A stretch of 64,000 nt of DNA from Octopus sinensis (Eukaryota). A program made the position numbers and the translations under genes. Below are positions 11,403 through 24,900 of this stretch, one piece after another (within the stretch, counting starts at the first letter, position 1; each line of letters opens with the position of its first letter). Under the pieces are notes generated by a model. That model saw nothing but the letters and a program-made list of their open reading frames with translations. It searched no databases and was not told the DNA's origin. Location of the stretch: positions 69,502,001 through 69,566,000 of the forward strand of contig NC_043006.1 of NCBI RefSeq assembly GCF_006345805.1, written 5' to 3'.

Positions 11403-12025
11403 AGGAGGCGAGCTGGCAGGATGGTTAGCACGCTAGACGAAATGCTTAGCGGTATTTCGTCTGCCGTTACGTTCTGAGTTCAAATTCCGCTGAGGTCGAC
11501 TTTGCCTTTCATCCTTTCGGGATCGATAAATTAAGTACCAGTGAAACACTGGGGTCGATATAATCGACTTAATCCGTTTGCCTGTCCTTGTTTGTCCTCT
11601 CTGTGTTAAGCTCCTTGTGGGTAGTAAAGAAATAGGTATTTCGTCTGTCTTTACGTTCAGAGTTTCAATTTTGCCGAGGTCGACTTTGTATTTCATCCTT
11701 TCGGGGTCGATAATTTAAGTATCAGTGAAATAATGGGGTCGATATAATCGACTAATCTTCTGCCCCAAAACTGCTGCCCTAGTGGCAAAATTTGAAACCA
11801 TTATTATTATTATTAAGGCGGCATGCTGGTAGAATTGTTAGCACACCGGGCAAAATGCTTAGCGGTATTTCGTCCGTCTTCACGTTCCGAGTACAAATTT
11901 CGCTGAGGTTGACCCTGCCTCTAATTCTTCTAGGGTCGATAAATACGTACCAGAAGAACACTGGGGTTGATGTAATCGACTTACCCTCAACTTCTAAATT
12001 CCTGGCCTTGTGGCAAAATTCGAAA
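11403..12025 (+). mobile_element. SINE family A cluster (dimer ~11403-11795 plus monomer ~11815-12025)
   Basis: Family A head and core repeated, with (TTA)n before each head. Confidence 0.88.
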
Positions 12026-12207
12026 GCAACATTATTATTACAGGAGAGTATTGTAGTTCGCATTCTGTATTGTTTGTAAAATATAACGTGTCTTGAATGG
12101 CACAACAATGCAGAGAGGAGTAGAATAACTTAACAATATTTTGGAATACAAAAATTCCTTCTTCAGATTTCGCTAGGAATGGATTGATATTATTATTCGT
12201 TTTTTTT

Positions 12208-12430
12208 TCTTTTATTTGTTTTCAGTCATTTGACTGCGGCCATGCTGGAGCACCGCCTTTAGTCGAGCAAATCGACTCCAAGACTTATTCTTTGGAAGCC
12301 TAATACTTATTCTATCGGTCTCTTTTGCCGAACCGCTAAGTTACGGGGACGTAAACACACCAGAATCGGTTGTGAAGCGATGTTGGGTGGCGAGACAAAT
12401 ACAGACACACAAACATACACACACACACAC

Positions 12431-12487
<57 letters not shown>

Positions 12488-12650
12488 ACGCGCTTCTTTC
12501 AGTTTCCATCTACCAAATCCTCTCACAATGCTTTGGTCGAGACGAGGCTATAGTGGAAGACACTTGTCCTAGGTGTCACGCAGTAGGACTGAACCCGGAA
12601 CCATGTGGTTCGTAAGCAAGCTACTTACCACACAGCCACTCCTGCGCCTA
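12208..12650 (-). mobile_element. SINE family B (tRNA head + CORE-like motif CCTTGGGCAAGT, internal TA/CA microsatellite)
   Basis: Reverse complement of AGGAGTGGCTGTGTGGTAAGTAGCTTGCTTAC...GGTTCCGGGTTCAGTCC...GGTGCTCCAGCATGGCCGCAGTCAAATGACTGAAAC. At least 8 related copies occur in the window. Confidence 0.9.
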
Positions 12651-12677
12651 TTATATTATTATCGTTTTTATTATTTC

Positions 12678-12895
12678 GGAGGCAGCGAGCTGGCAGAATC
12701 CTTAGTAGGCCAGGCAAAATGCTTAGCGGCGTTTTTTCCGGTTCTTTACGTTTTGAGATCAAATCCCGCTATGGCTCACTTTATCTTTCATCTCTTCAGG
12801 GTCGATGAAATAAAGTACCATTTGAACACTGGGATCGAGGTAATTAACTAGCTCTACTCCCCTCAAAGTTTCAAGCTTTGCGTTTCTAGGAGCAA
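12678..12895 (+). mobile_element. Degenerate SINE family A copy
   Basis: Head gcagcgagctggcagaatc and core ctttatctttcatctcttcagggtcgatgaaataaagtacc. Confidence 0.75.
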
Positions 12896-13019
12896 TCATT
12901 TTCAGAAGTAGTAGTAGTAGTGTTGCTGTTGGTGGCGGCAGAATGCTTGATTGTGCCTGGCAAACGCCAGGAATTCTTGCCAGTTAAACCAGGAATGTAA
13001 AAATTAGCAACAAAAACAT

Positions 13020-13627
13020 TATCACCACCATCGTTCCCATGACTACAACGACCACCATTACCACTATCACCATTATCATCATCACCAACACCTCACCACC
13101 TCCACTACAATCATGAACACCATCATCATCATTACTACTACTGTCACCGTCACCACAATTGCAGCCTCTACTATCACCACACCACAGCGACCATGAATAC
13201 CACCACCACCTTTGCCATGACTACTACCACTCCCAACCTCACCACTATTATTATCACCACCACCACTACCATGACAACTACCATTCATACCGCCACCACT
13301 ATCATTATCACCACCACCACCATCACCTCTACCATGACTTCTATCATTCACACCGTCACTACTATCATTACCACCGCCCCACCTCACCACCTCTACAATG
13401 ACTACTACCACTGCTACCGCCACCACTACTACAATCATGAACACCACCATCCTCATGCCCACTTTCATGACTACTACCGCAGCCACCACCACCACTGCTA
13501 CCACAACTGAAACTGTCACCACAACGAAGAAAAGCATCACTGCCACCATCATCACTATACACAACCACTACTACAACAACTACTACTACTAATAATAATA
13601 ATAGTAATAATAATAACCATCAACAGA

Positions 13628-13659
<32 letters not shown>

Positions 13660-13660
13660 A
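13020..13660. repeat. Degenerate (CAC/TAC/CAT)n trinucleotide low-complexity tract
   Basis: Poly-T/H/V/G ORFs in several frames; no splice signals. Confidence 0.9.
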
Positions 13661-14131
13661 GCTAGTGAGTAATTAAATTGGTAAAATGAAACACGAAGGA
13701 ATATAGAAAGAGGCAAAAGAAGGAAAGAAAGAATGAGAGAGAATAATAACACCAGAAGATCAAGTATTGCAACCATCTGCCGAGTTGGTCAGGAGTGGCT
13801 GGATAGAATGGATGGACAGTGTCCAAAAAAGAACAACAACAACAATAATAACAACAAGAGGAAATAAGATGGCTACATGTCCATTGAGTTATAAATATTC
13901 AACTGAAGAGGTTTCTCCATTCTCTCCAAGTCTGCTACTAAAGCCTACAAGAAGCAGACATCACCTGGTTCTTGGACATTATCCAAGATTTCGTTGCAGG
14001 CAACGCTTTGTCATCGTCCTCTTATTCCTTTTTTTTTTTTTTTGGATTCTATGCCACCATCACCATTTCTCTCTCTCTTTCTAATTCTCTGTATGTATGT
14101 GTTGTATCATTATGTATCTATGTATGTAATT

Positions 14132-14190
<59 letters not shown>

Positions 14191-14518
14191 CACAAAATAT
14201 TTTATAAATTTTTATAAATAAAATAATTCATATTTTATAAATACGAATTATTTTATTTGCTGAAGGTATAGGAAATATTTTTCATTCCCTTTCGAAATTA
14301 TCCCTAATAGTGGTTTGGAGTTTAACTACTCCTTCTAGCGGGTCATATCTCTTATGTGTTTAAATGTACACTGTATTTTTATATGAATGATATATAGTCT
14401 ATTGACTAGTTTTTTTCTTCTCGCTAGACCACTGGTAGCAAAGAAATTTTCTTTATTTTTTTTTGCTACCCTGGGATTTATTAATATATAATATATATAT
14501 ATATATATATTATTATAT

Positions 14519-14568
<50 letters not shown>

Positions 14569-14575
14569 ATATATA

Positions 14576-14900
14576 TAGGGTGTCTAAATAATGCAAAAAT
14601 AATACTCACATCTCATTTTAACTGATATTTTTCAAAATTACATAAAAATGTCTTGAAACACTAAAATGTAAATTTCTTCAATAAAATTGCCATTGGCTTC
14701 AACTACGGATGACTTCGGAATCTGCAACTCTTCTGGATGGTCTCCTTGTTTAAGTTGGTGAATGATGTCATAATCCTTGCCTTCAGTTCCTCTTGGTGTC
14801 TTCCAGCAACCACCACCTTGGTACAGGACAGCACTACTTTCTCCAGGCGCTTTATGTAGGCCTCTGTATTGAGTCAGAGACCGTGTAGGGAGATAAATGG
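14576..14900 (-). mobile_element. Tc1/mariner (DD37D/maT-like) transposase remnant with right terminus
   Basis: Minus translation gives PFISLHGL*LNTEAYIKRLEKVVLSC..VVAGR / EELKARIMTSFTNLNKETIQKSC..FRS..VVEANGNFIE, with an internal deletion. Terminus (C/T)AGGGTGTC lies next to (TA)n. Confidence 0.75.
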
Positions 14901-15102
14901 GTATAGTTTTAAGCTGCCTCTGGTTGTAGCGCTCTGGTTCAGTTCTAGGATTTTGAGGAGAGAGAGACCCCTAGCTGCTGTGACAGCATCCTTCTAGGAG
15001 AAAGGCACTTTGATGTAAATCTTGCAGCTTCACATGATTTTCATCACGCTTTGGCAGGTCACTAGGACTCAGAGAGTGGTGCTCATTTTGTACAAGTGTT
15101 TA

Positions 15103-15450
15103 GAGCGCACAGCTTAGTGGTTAGAGCATCGGGCTCAGAATCATAAGGCATTGATTTCGATTGCCGGACCGAGCTGTGTGTTGTGTTCTTGAGCAAGACA
15201 CTTTATTTCTCGTTGCTCCCATTCACGCAGCTGTAGAAACAAGCTGCGATGTCATTGGTGCCAAGCTGTATCGGCTCCTTTGCTTTTCCTTTGGAAAACA
15301 TCGATGACGCGTAGAGGGTAAGCTTGTATGCAAAGGTGACTGCTGCTCTTCCACAAACAACCTTGCCCGGACTTGTGCTCCAAGGGGGAACTTTTTAGGT
15401 GCAATCCCATGGTCATTCATGACTGAAAGGAGTCTTTATCTTTTGTTACC
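15103..15450 (+). mobile_element. SINE group C, head type H2 with a distinct 3' module
   Basis: tRNA-like A/B boxes (gcttagtggttagagc...tttcgattgcc) and CORE-like gtgttcttgagcaagacacttt. Confidence 0.75.
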
Positions 15451-16109
15451 CCTAGCACTATAATCCAGTGACATACATGTGTCTCTTCGTGGTGATCTTA
15501 TTCGTCATGCCATCTTTTGAAAGTCTTATAGCAATGGAAAAATGGTGACGTGTCCAGACAGCAACTTGTTGGAAGTGCAGAGAAAGCTACAACTTTTGTG
15601 TGTGATCTACGCTCTGAATTATCTGTATCTACAATGGGACTGAAGAGTTATCTGAGATGTCATGGACGGTGAGTCAGAAATGCTTCCGACAATGATAAAG
15701 CACAGGGAGACGGTAATTATCTGTGTGAAAATGGAGCATTCACCATATGAATATGTACACACACGCACACATATATATTTGAGAGAGAGAGACAGAGAGA
15801 GAGAATGAGACTAATACAGGAATGTTAATTATCTTACATGTCATTCAACGTGAATTATTGATCTATTAAAATGAACTCTTCCTCCACAGGATATATCATA
15901 ATTATGAAATGACAGTTTAGACCAGTCCAATTAAGGAGAAGAGATAGTCTCCAGATTCAAGAATTTTCGTCACACCATTCGGGAAAAAGGACAGGCTTAT
16001 ATCTAGACATATGATTCGGTCTCAACAGCCGATATATATCGCGTGTGTGTGTGCGTGTGTGTGTGGGGGGGGGGTAGGTAGGTGGGTAGGTAGGTAGATA
16101 GATAGATAG

Positions 16110-16270
16110 ATAGATCGAACCCAGTACAAATCGGTACTGAATTTATCGACCCTGAAAGGATAAAAGGCAAAGTCGACCTTGGCGGAATTTGAACTCAGAA
16201 CGTAAAGACAAACGAAATACCACTAAGCATTTCGCCCGACGTGCTAAAGTTTCTGCCAGCTCGCCGCCTT
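16110..16270 (-). mobile_element. SINE family A copy (3'-truncated)
   Basis: Reverse complement of the family A head and core. Confidence 0.85.
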
Positions 16271-16565
16271 TATACATTGAAAAGAAAGGAGGTCACCAGT
16301 ATATATATATATATAAAGGATATCCAGAGGTAATTCAGTACGATCGTTTCATGCATCTCCATTTAATTGAACAATGAAATCATTACATCACTTTAGAATG
16401 TAGAGCAATCTTCAGCTGCACAGAGATAGAAGTTAATTAAATTAGAACAGATGGACACATTAGTATAATTATACCTAAATTCTCCAAGTTAAGGAGATAA
16501 ATAAAGAAGATGTTTTCTCTACTTCAGCATAGAAGCAGAGACATGTTCTTTGGTCGCCCCGAATT

Positions 16566-16665
16566 TATAGTAGAAGACACTTACCCAAGGTGCCACGCAG
16601 TGGGACTGAACCTGGAACCATGTGGTTGGTAAGTAAGCTACTTACCACACAGCCACTCCTACACC
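16566..16665 (-). mobile_element. SINE family B head fragment
   Basis: tagtagaagacacttacccaaggtgccacgcagtgggactgaacc...cacacagccactcct. Confidence 0.8.
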
Positions 16666-17408
16666 TATATATAATTTTATTTATATATATGTTGTACTGC
16701 ATAACACGAACAAGATATTTGGTTGATTGAGATTTGTATTTCACACAAACTTTTTCTTTATCCACAAATAACCATTTAAAAATGATGAGAATTTATGGCG
16801 CCTCAACCCTCTTCACTGTTGGGTCACACTCACCTCTAATTACAACAAAGCACACGTGTATACATATATATGTGTATGACTATGAACTTATATGCACCCG
16901 TATGTAAGTGTATATATGTGTGTGTGTGTGTGTATGTATGTATCTAAATGTGTGTATGGAAATGTTTATTTATAAAGGGGATTTCTAAGCTTACAAATTA
17001 TTCACCATTTCCAAATTCTTAGATCTATTCTACAAAAACATAACTAAAGGTTGTATATGTTGATACTGTGGTTGATGTTCTTCATGTTGATGCTTGTGAA
17101 GGAGGCGGTGCTGCCGTCGGTAGTGGTGTTATTTTCAGTGGTGTTGATGTCGTTTATAAGGGCGGTTCTATTGTTGTTGCTCTTTCTGTTGGTGTGTGCA
17201 GTTGGTTGTGGTGCTGATAACGGTAACAAAGGTTATAGCAAAAGCAACTCTAATAACATAACACGGTTATCTAAGTACACACATACACATATGCATATAT
17301 ATATATATATATATGCAGTCACACACAGACACGACTGTTAAATACCAACTTAAACATAGAGTAAAGTATTACAGTGTAAAAGAGTCGATGACTCTATAAG
17401 GCCAGCCA

Positions 17409-17465
<57 letters not shown>

Positions 17466-18018
17466 GTGTGTGTATGTGTGTTATATGTAAGTGGCCCTAT
17501 TGAGACACGGAATTTTCTACACTGAATCACTGTGGTAAAGTTGGTATTTAAGTAGTCGCGAAATATCTCTAGCCATTTTATATATCACGCGCACATAAAA
17601 CATATATTTACTGGCATTATCAAACCCACCCGTACATGCATAGGGGCATTTGAATTATAACGTCGGATGTAATCAATTGAACCACACGTGTATTTATCGT
17701 TATGGTAAAATCTGGCGTGTGATTGAGTGGATTTCATCCAGATAGTTTTGGCTGAGGAGCTACAAGTGGATTTTTTTGTAAGTAAAATTACATTTAATTC
17801 ATTAATAGCGAAACAATTGTCCCAAAATAATCTGTATTTTTGTTATTTTTTATTTGCCCTGTTCGTGTGAGCTAACAATCGTACTGACTTTCATGGGAAA
17901 CAAGTATTTTTGTGGTTGAAACCTTTTGGATTAACTAGTGCTAGAGTGAGCCATATAGTGACCACTCTCTTATATTTATTTTATATATACTGTATATATA
18001 CTTACATAACTACATAAA

Positions 18019-18118
18019 GGGAGAATTCACAAAAAAACAAAAGACGAAGATAACAAACAGATGTATTAGTATAACGCTCGGGACGTGAAAAGGTCTTTAA
18101 CGTTTCGAGCCTACGCTC
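18019..18118 (-). mobile_element. Second Penelope-like pLTR fragment (truncated within the hammerhead-like motif)
   Basis: Homologous to 10369-10480. Minus strand reads GAGC-GTAG-GCTC-GAAACGTT-AAAG, a perfect stem II. Confidence 0.55.
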
Positions 18119-18475
18119 AAGATGGTTAAGTTAAATATCGATCTTAAGTGGCCAGCTTGGAAATAAAAACCTTCAAAGACAATAATTATTATTAAAATTA
18201 TAACTTAGGGTATCTAAGAGATACCACCACGCTAGAAATTGCAGCCAAATCATGACTCTAAAACCACATTAATCTTCATACAGCACCAGGAGGGAAGACA
18301 AAAGGAGAAAATACAGTAATTTTTTGCTAGTTTATTTTTGTTTCAGGCGTCGAAGTAATCACAGAGCAACGCGAGATGAAGCTCAAGAACACAAAACTCC
18401 ACCCAGTCTAGGAACTGAAACCATGATCTTGCGATCGTGAGTGTAACACCCTAACGATTAAGCCATACGCCCTTA

Positions 18476-19030
18476 TTTATTATATAAAATCTGTTCTGTC
18501 TGTCTGTGTGTGTATCTTCTAGGATCTCGGGCATCCTCTATCCGGTTGCGCTCAAATTTGATATGTAGATACCGATGGTATCAGGGCGTGTATAAGTCTT
18601 GAAAAAATCACAAAAATGGATTCCAGGTGAGAATGCGATCGATAAAGCCGTGGGAACGTGCATTTGTATGCGCAAGTACATCAGCTCTTGCGATCGATAC
18701 TATGCGTACGCGAGAAAAATGCACGTGCAGTTTGCACAAAAAAAGCCGGATGGCTTGAAATAATGCCACAAAATGCAGTTTATTTAAGAGACTAAAAATG
18801 TAAGATGCAAAAGAAATATTTTCTTCAAACTTGACAAAGAAAGAAAAGACTCATTAGTTTCCCAAGAAGTTTTTTTTGCCTTAACTTCAGTTAACAAAAC
18901 TTTATAAAAAATTTTATTGAAAAATAGGTATGCTTAATTATTTTTTAATGAAAAGAAAACACTGATTGCTTTTTATTCAACAGATATGATTCAGCACCGT
19001 CCATTGGATGGGGGCGCGTTTTGCTCTTAC
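18476..19030 (+). mobile_element. Possible Helitron/Helentron-derived non-autonomous repeat
   Basis: 5' pattern TATTATATAAAA...(TCTG)n...CCGGTTGCGCTCAAATTTG resembles DINE/Lep1-type elements. No clear 3' CTAG hairpin was found. Confidence 0.3.
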
Positions 19031-19557
19031 ATATATATTGAGGAACTTTCTATCTATGTATTTGCTTAAACCCAATTGGCATCTGGATTGTTTTTAAGAA
19101 TCCCTTACGGAGATATTGCTTCCTCAAATTTGTGTGTATATATGTCTGATTCTCTTTTTCACTCTTGTGAGGGTTTGGTAGCAGGTTTAATAGAAGTTGA
19201 AAAAGTCGCTAAAACTGAAACCGGTATTAAAATGTTCTTCGTGATAAAATTATTTCAGCATTTTCTACCTTGTCTTATTTTCCTTATACATATCAACTCG
19301 GGTGTTCCTTTTCAACCTTTTATATCTATCTATATATATATATATATATAGGAAGAATGCGGGTCTAGGAGAGATAATATACTAAATGAATTGAACCCTG
19401 AAAAAGTTGGGGACAAAAGGAATCGAAAGCTTTAAAATATTGAAATTGAAATGCATAAATATGTTGCTTTAGTTGCATTCAAATGTAAAGTGTAACTCTT
19501 TAAAATTCTAACTCCCACTATGGAGAAATTCAATGGAACTTCACACACACACACACA

Positions 19558-19595
<38 letters not shown>

Positions 19596-19869
19596 TACAT
19601 ACAGGCAGACTGGTAAATAGACAGTCAAACAAACAGACAGGTAGATAGATAAATAGACATACAGACAGACAGATCGATAAATGATGTGATGTTTGTAGCA
19701 ATCGTTTACCCCACGACATCAATAATGACGGAGTTTGCAGAATTAGATTCCGCTCACTGAGATTTTTTTTCTTTTTACTTAAGTCTAATTAAAATATTAA
19801 AAAATTAGGAAATAATACTGTTCAGAAGTTGCAGCTGTGTGATACTCTCGATTGTTTAAACTTATCGTA

Positions 19870-20086
19870 CGAGGGTGCGCTGAAAAGTTCCTAGTTTTAA
19901 GGGTGTCGCGAAAGGCCTGATTGGAGACCCAACCTTCCGAGTTCTTTTACAGGGATTAGAAAAACTGTAGGACCGCTGCAATAAATGTGTGAATCTAAGA
20001 GGGGGATATGTTGAATAAAATCATAATTAACTGATCCTCGTGTATTTTCTTTTATCCAAAGCCAGGAACTTGTCTTCACCCCCTCG
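19870..20086 (+). mobile_element. Mariner-derived MITE (irritans-like C-terminal remnant)
   Basis: TA then CGAGGGTGCGCTGAAAAGTTCC...GGAACTTGTCTTCACCCCCTCG TIRs. Internal LQGLEKL*DRCNKCVNLRGGYVE* resembles the Himar-type transposase end. Confidence 0.88.
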
Positions 20087-20115
20087 TGTGTGTGTGTGTG
20101 TGTGCGCGCTACACA

Positions 20116-20332
20116 CAAGGGTGTGCTGAAAATTTCTTGGTTTTAAGGGTATCGCAAAAGGCCCGTTTGGAGGCCCAATTTTCTGAGTTCTTTTATAGGA
20201 CTTAGAAAAACGGAAGGGCAGCTGCAATAAGTGTGAGTATCTGGGAGGGAAATATGTTGAATAAAATCCTGATTAACTAATACGCGTGTATTTTTTTTTA
20301 CCCAAGGCCAAAAACTTTTCAGCACCCATTCG
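20116..20332 (+). mobile_element. Second copy of the same mariner MITE, directly adjacent
   Basis: Homologous to 19870-20086 along its length, separated by a short TG tract. Confidence 0.85.
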
Positions 20333-20723
20333 TTATTTTGTCTTATTTTTACCCACCAAATTCCCATTGTAGTATCACAAAATGTAGTGACACTGTTAAC
20401 TGTACCGTGAATTTGCGTTCAAGCTGGTCAAGAATTGGATTAGCTTGAGAACATAGACGTGGCCGCGCAAAAGTAAATGCTGACTTAAGAGTATCATTTA
20501 CTCACGGCTGTAGTAGAATGATAACAATGAATGTAAGTACATAAACACACACATATATATATATATACATATGTATGTATGTATAGCTGCCATCTGTGCT
20601 ACATCTCTCGTAATTATGTATTGAAGTCAACAAGACAGTTTCCATCTTAGGACTTCAAACCGCAAATACTATAACTAACGAACAATATGTGTGTGTGTGT
20701 TTGTTTGCGTTTGTGTTTGTTTG

Positions 20724-20755
<32 letters not shown>

Positions 20756-21924
20756 ATGTTTGCTCAATAAATTTACGTGATTAAGGCAGATAGCAAACAT
20801 ACAAATATAGAGAGAAATAAGTATACATAAATGAGAGAGAGAATGTGTGAGAGTGCGTGTGTGTCACTTGTGTTAACGAACCGCTAATTAACTCAGCAAA
20901 TAACGAGCTAGTTAAAGTGGAGAAACGTTAATTATGACATGAGACCTAACAACATCACTACTCGACACTTGATGTCAATCAATACCACATTGGGTATTAA
21001 CAGGGTGTACAGCTCATTGAGATGGCTGATGCTAGATCACATTACATACTTCTTTCTACGCAGACGACAACAACAACGTCCCTGATTTAAAGAGATTAAA
21101 GGTTAAAGAGTGACAATGTAGTGGCAATCAATCCTAACGAATTTCCTGGATAGACTGTGAATGACCGCAGAGAGCTAAGCAAATTTTAATGACATCATTA
21201 CGTTTTAAAATGATCCCCACGATGTTAAGTAAGAGAGACATTGTCGCCATGGAGTATCTATTAACAGTTAGTTGTTGTTTAACCCCACGTCAATCTTGAC
21301 AAACCCAACTTAGGATGAAAGACGTCCTTCCTTCATGAGGCATTACTCTCTAAGATCACAATGTCAAGTTTTCCTGGTTTTATTCTTTGAGGAGGTAAAA
21401 TTTAATTTACAGTCAAGATTAAAATTATAAGTAAGATTTAGTTTATATGTAACATTTAATTTACAGAATATGTGGCCGCTTTGCCAAGTAAGTCAAGTTA
21501 CAACTTAGTGATTCCCTGTTTGGCTCTATTTAAGTTACATGAAGGAAAAGATATACTGTTTAAGGCTTGGGAATGACTATTGGCGGAGTCCTTCGAGCAT
21601 TAGATAAAATACCTAGTGGTATTTGTTCCGATTCTCTGTGTTTCGAGTTCAAATTTCGTCAAACGTTCATAGATATTGCTGAGAAACCGTTTGATGTACT
21701 AAGCCTACGACCCAAGAACTCGGAACTTGAATCATTGGATTTCATTAATCCGGTATAATTGCCTGATGATTTAATTTATCGACTCAGAAGAGATAAAAAT
21801 GCAAAATAAAATAAAACATTTAACCTCAGTAGGATTCAATCTCGAAGAGTTGTGTTTGAATCAAATCCTGCAAAACATCTCCGCTAGACCGAAGTGTGAT
21901 ATTTGAAAAACATTTCTTGCTATT

Positions 21925-22336
21925 TTACTCTTTTCTTTTACTTGTTTCAGTCATTTGACTGCGGCCATGCTGGAGCACCGCCTTTAGTCGAGCAAATCGA
22001 CCCCGGGACTTATTCTTTGTAAGCCCAGTACTTATTCTATCGGTCTCTTTTGCCGAACCGCTAAGTGGCGGGGACGTAAACACACCAGCATCGGTTGTCA
22101 AGCAATGCTAGGGTGACAAACACAGGCACACAAACATATACACACGCACTTATATATATATATACATATATACGACAGGTTTCTTTCAGTTTCCGTCTAC
22201 CAAATCCACTCACAAGGCATTGGTCGGCCCGGGACTATAGTAGAAGACACTTGCCCAAGATGCCACGCAGTGGGACTGAACCCGGAACCATGTGGTTGGT
22301 TAGCAAGCTACTTACCACACAGCCACTCCTGCGCCT
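21925..22336 (-). mobile_element. SINE family B, near full length
   Basis: Complete head, CORE-like motif, microsatellite and tail. Confidence 0.92.
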
Positions 22337-22624
22337 GTGTATCAAGTCGAATGATCACTTTAAACCTTGCTTGTCTCGAGAAAATGAAGGAGCTTTTATC
22401 ATATTTTCTTCGTAGATATAACAGACTGCACTGGCAATATTGAGATACGGGCGGTAGAAGTATTCATACTCATGGCATTACTTTATGCACACTGCTTAAA
22501 AAAATATCCGTTTTGTATTGCTTTATAAGTGCTTTATACTGAAGACAAGAAAATATTACGTGTTACGTTTATGAAAAATGATGTGTACATCAGGTGTTGA
22601 GGGTATAACGTTTGAATAAATACA

Positions 22625-22972
22625 ACATCATCATCATTGTTCGACCGTGGTCGAGACAATGGAATTTACTATGTTACGCCAGATTTCACGGTCCATCATA
22701 GCATTACGGAGGTCCTGTTGCTGGATGCTTGTATCCCTGGAGATTACATCAGGGTAGGAGAGTGTGTGCCCTCTAGTATCGCGAGCAGATGGCTTCCAGA
22801 GGAGAAGAGTAGAAATTACCTCGTTTTCAGCTCTACGATAATGTCCAGCAAACTGGACTCTTCTACCTTTCACAAGAGATGATACAGGTGGTAATTTCTC
22901 ATGTATCTGTACTTTGGTTGGATGCCGTTTCCACGAAAGATTTTGAGCTCTCATAAGGAGGCGAGTGTATCA
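22625..22972 (-). mobile_element. 5'-truncated RTE-clade LINE, 3' end with (TGA)n tail
   Basis: ORF 22634-22954 reads (YTRLL)MRAQNLSWKRHPT...RRVQFAGHYRR...LLLWKP...RGHTLSYPDVISRD...AMMDREIWR, an RTE post-RT region. A tandem TGA tail follows immediately. Confidence 0.88.
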
Positions 22973-23862
22973 GTTTTCGACAACCAAACTACTCTCGGTA
23001 AGTATCAAATATATCAATCAATCCAATCAATATGCTATGCTAGTAATGCTAGAGATATTTTGAGGCGTGTGCGCATATATATGGATTGAGAGAGAGAGAA
23101 AGAGAGAGAGGCTTATATGTTGTCACGCTACTTCCCTTCTTCAGTCGTTTGAGATGTCGGCAACATGAAACTTAGGAATTATGATACAAGAAACTTCCGT
23201 TTCTAATAAAAGTTTGTCTAAATATTTCCATTGCAATTCAACAATCATCACCACCACTAACGACGACATAATCACTCCCGATCGATACTCACAGCAACAA
23301 CCAACAACACCACAACTGATAATATCTCTTTCTTTCTTTATTACAACACTCCCACCATCCTCTCTCACATCTATTCCCTACTCTCTCTCCCTCTCCGTCT
23401 CTCTGTCTGCCATTAGTTTAAGGAGAATACTTCATACTGACTCTTGAGATAATGTTTAACTCTTGTTACTCCTTGAAACATAATTCTTTTGTCGTTTCAC
23501 ACGCCCTCCCCTTCTACCCTCTAACTCTACCTCTCTCCCACTCACTCACTAACTGATTCCTTTAATTTCCCTATATCAATATAGAGTGTGTGTATGTGCG
23601 TATGCGCGAAACGTGTGTGCGCGCGTTTAAATATTTTTAGAATTTTATTGTACAGTTTCTCTGCAAACAAATACATTTACGTTAAACAGACCTGTGCGTG
23701 TGTGTATGTGCGTATGTATATACGCACAAATATACATACGCACTCATGCGCAAAAACAAATGAGCACACACACATTCCTCTCTCCTTGCCTATACACACA
23801 CATAAGCACACACACATATGTACATGCGCGCACGTTTGTGTGAGTGTGTTTATATATTTACA

Positions 23863-24095
23863 TATTTCTTTTACTACCCACAAGGGGCTAAACACAGAGG
23901 GGACAAACAAGGACAGACATAGGTATTAAGTCGATTACATCGACCCCAGTGCGTAACTGGTACTTAATTTATCGACCCCGAAAGGATGAAAGGCAAAGTC
24001 GACCTTGGTGGAATTTGAACTCACAACGTAACGCAGACGAAATACCGCTAAGCATTTCGCCCGGCGTGCTAACGTTTCTGCCAGCTCGCCGCCTT
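23863..24095 (-). mobile_element. SINE family A monomer with TSD
   Basis: Flanking direct repeat ttatatatttaca at 23850-23862 and 24098-24110. Confidence 0.92.
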
Positions 24096-24340
24096 GCTTA
24101 TATATTTACAACATACATAATACATACATACATACATACATACATACATACATACATACATACATACATACATACATACACAAATACTTTTACACTCAAC
24201 ATACTTTTAGTTTTCCGTTGAGTAATTTCAGCCATTGCGTTGTGGCCAAACTGGCACCACCTTCAAATGGTTTTAGTAAATTATAAAGAACAAAGAGCTT
24301 ATTTTATCGTTGTACTCTATTTAAAATGAGTATTATTTGT

Positions 24341-24900
24341 CGAGGTGCGTGACAAAACACCCAAAATGCAATGCTCTAGCATGGCCATAGTTATTTCAGT
24401 GCTTGGAAAGAAGCTATGTAGCGTGTGATGGTTGCATTGACAGAGAAAGTTGTCATGGCGATACCTGCTCAGAGGCCAATGCAAAGTTGCAGAAACTGTA
24501 CAAAGAGGAGTATATAGCCGCATACTAGTATACGAGCGGTTCAGACGTTTCCAAGATGGCCGAAAATATGTTGATATTTACGAACGTTCTAGAAGACCCG
24601 AAACCAGCAGAACTGAGAAAAACATTGCAGATGTGCGTGCAGCTGTATGAGAAGCGTGTTTGCCAAGTTTGGGCCAAAATTGTACTCAGCTGACCAAAAA
24701 GACACTCGGATTTCAGTTGCACAAAGTCTCCTTGAATGTGTTGAGAACGATGAAAAATTTTTGAAAACTATGCGTAGGCCTCTGAGTAAGTATTGCCAAT
24801 CTTTTGACAAAGTTTAATGCAAATTCTCTGCTTAACTTTCTATCATAGTCAATGCGACGATCACACGCTACACACTTTCCTTCCAAGCCCTGCTGCAAAC
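24341..24900 (+). mobile_element. Degenerate mariner transposase 5' remnant (HTH region)
   Basis: LVYERFRRFQDGRKYVDIYERSRRPETSRTEKNIADVRAAV and ..SADQKDTRISVAQSLLECVENDEKFLKT match the mariner HTH and WVP-adjacent regions. Frameshifted. Confidence 0.8.

Noticed and set aside
11030-11477. Poly-Asn/Leu/Cys proteins
   Set aside because: Trinucleotide repeat running into a SINE head.
13082-13592. His/Thr-rich mucin-like ORFs
   Set aside because: Degenerate CAC/TAC microsatellite, open in nearly all frames.
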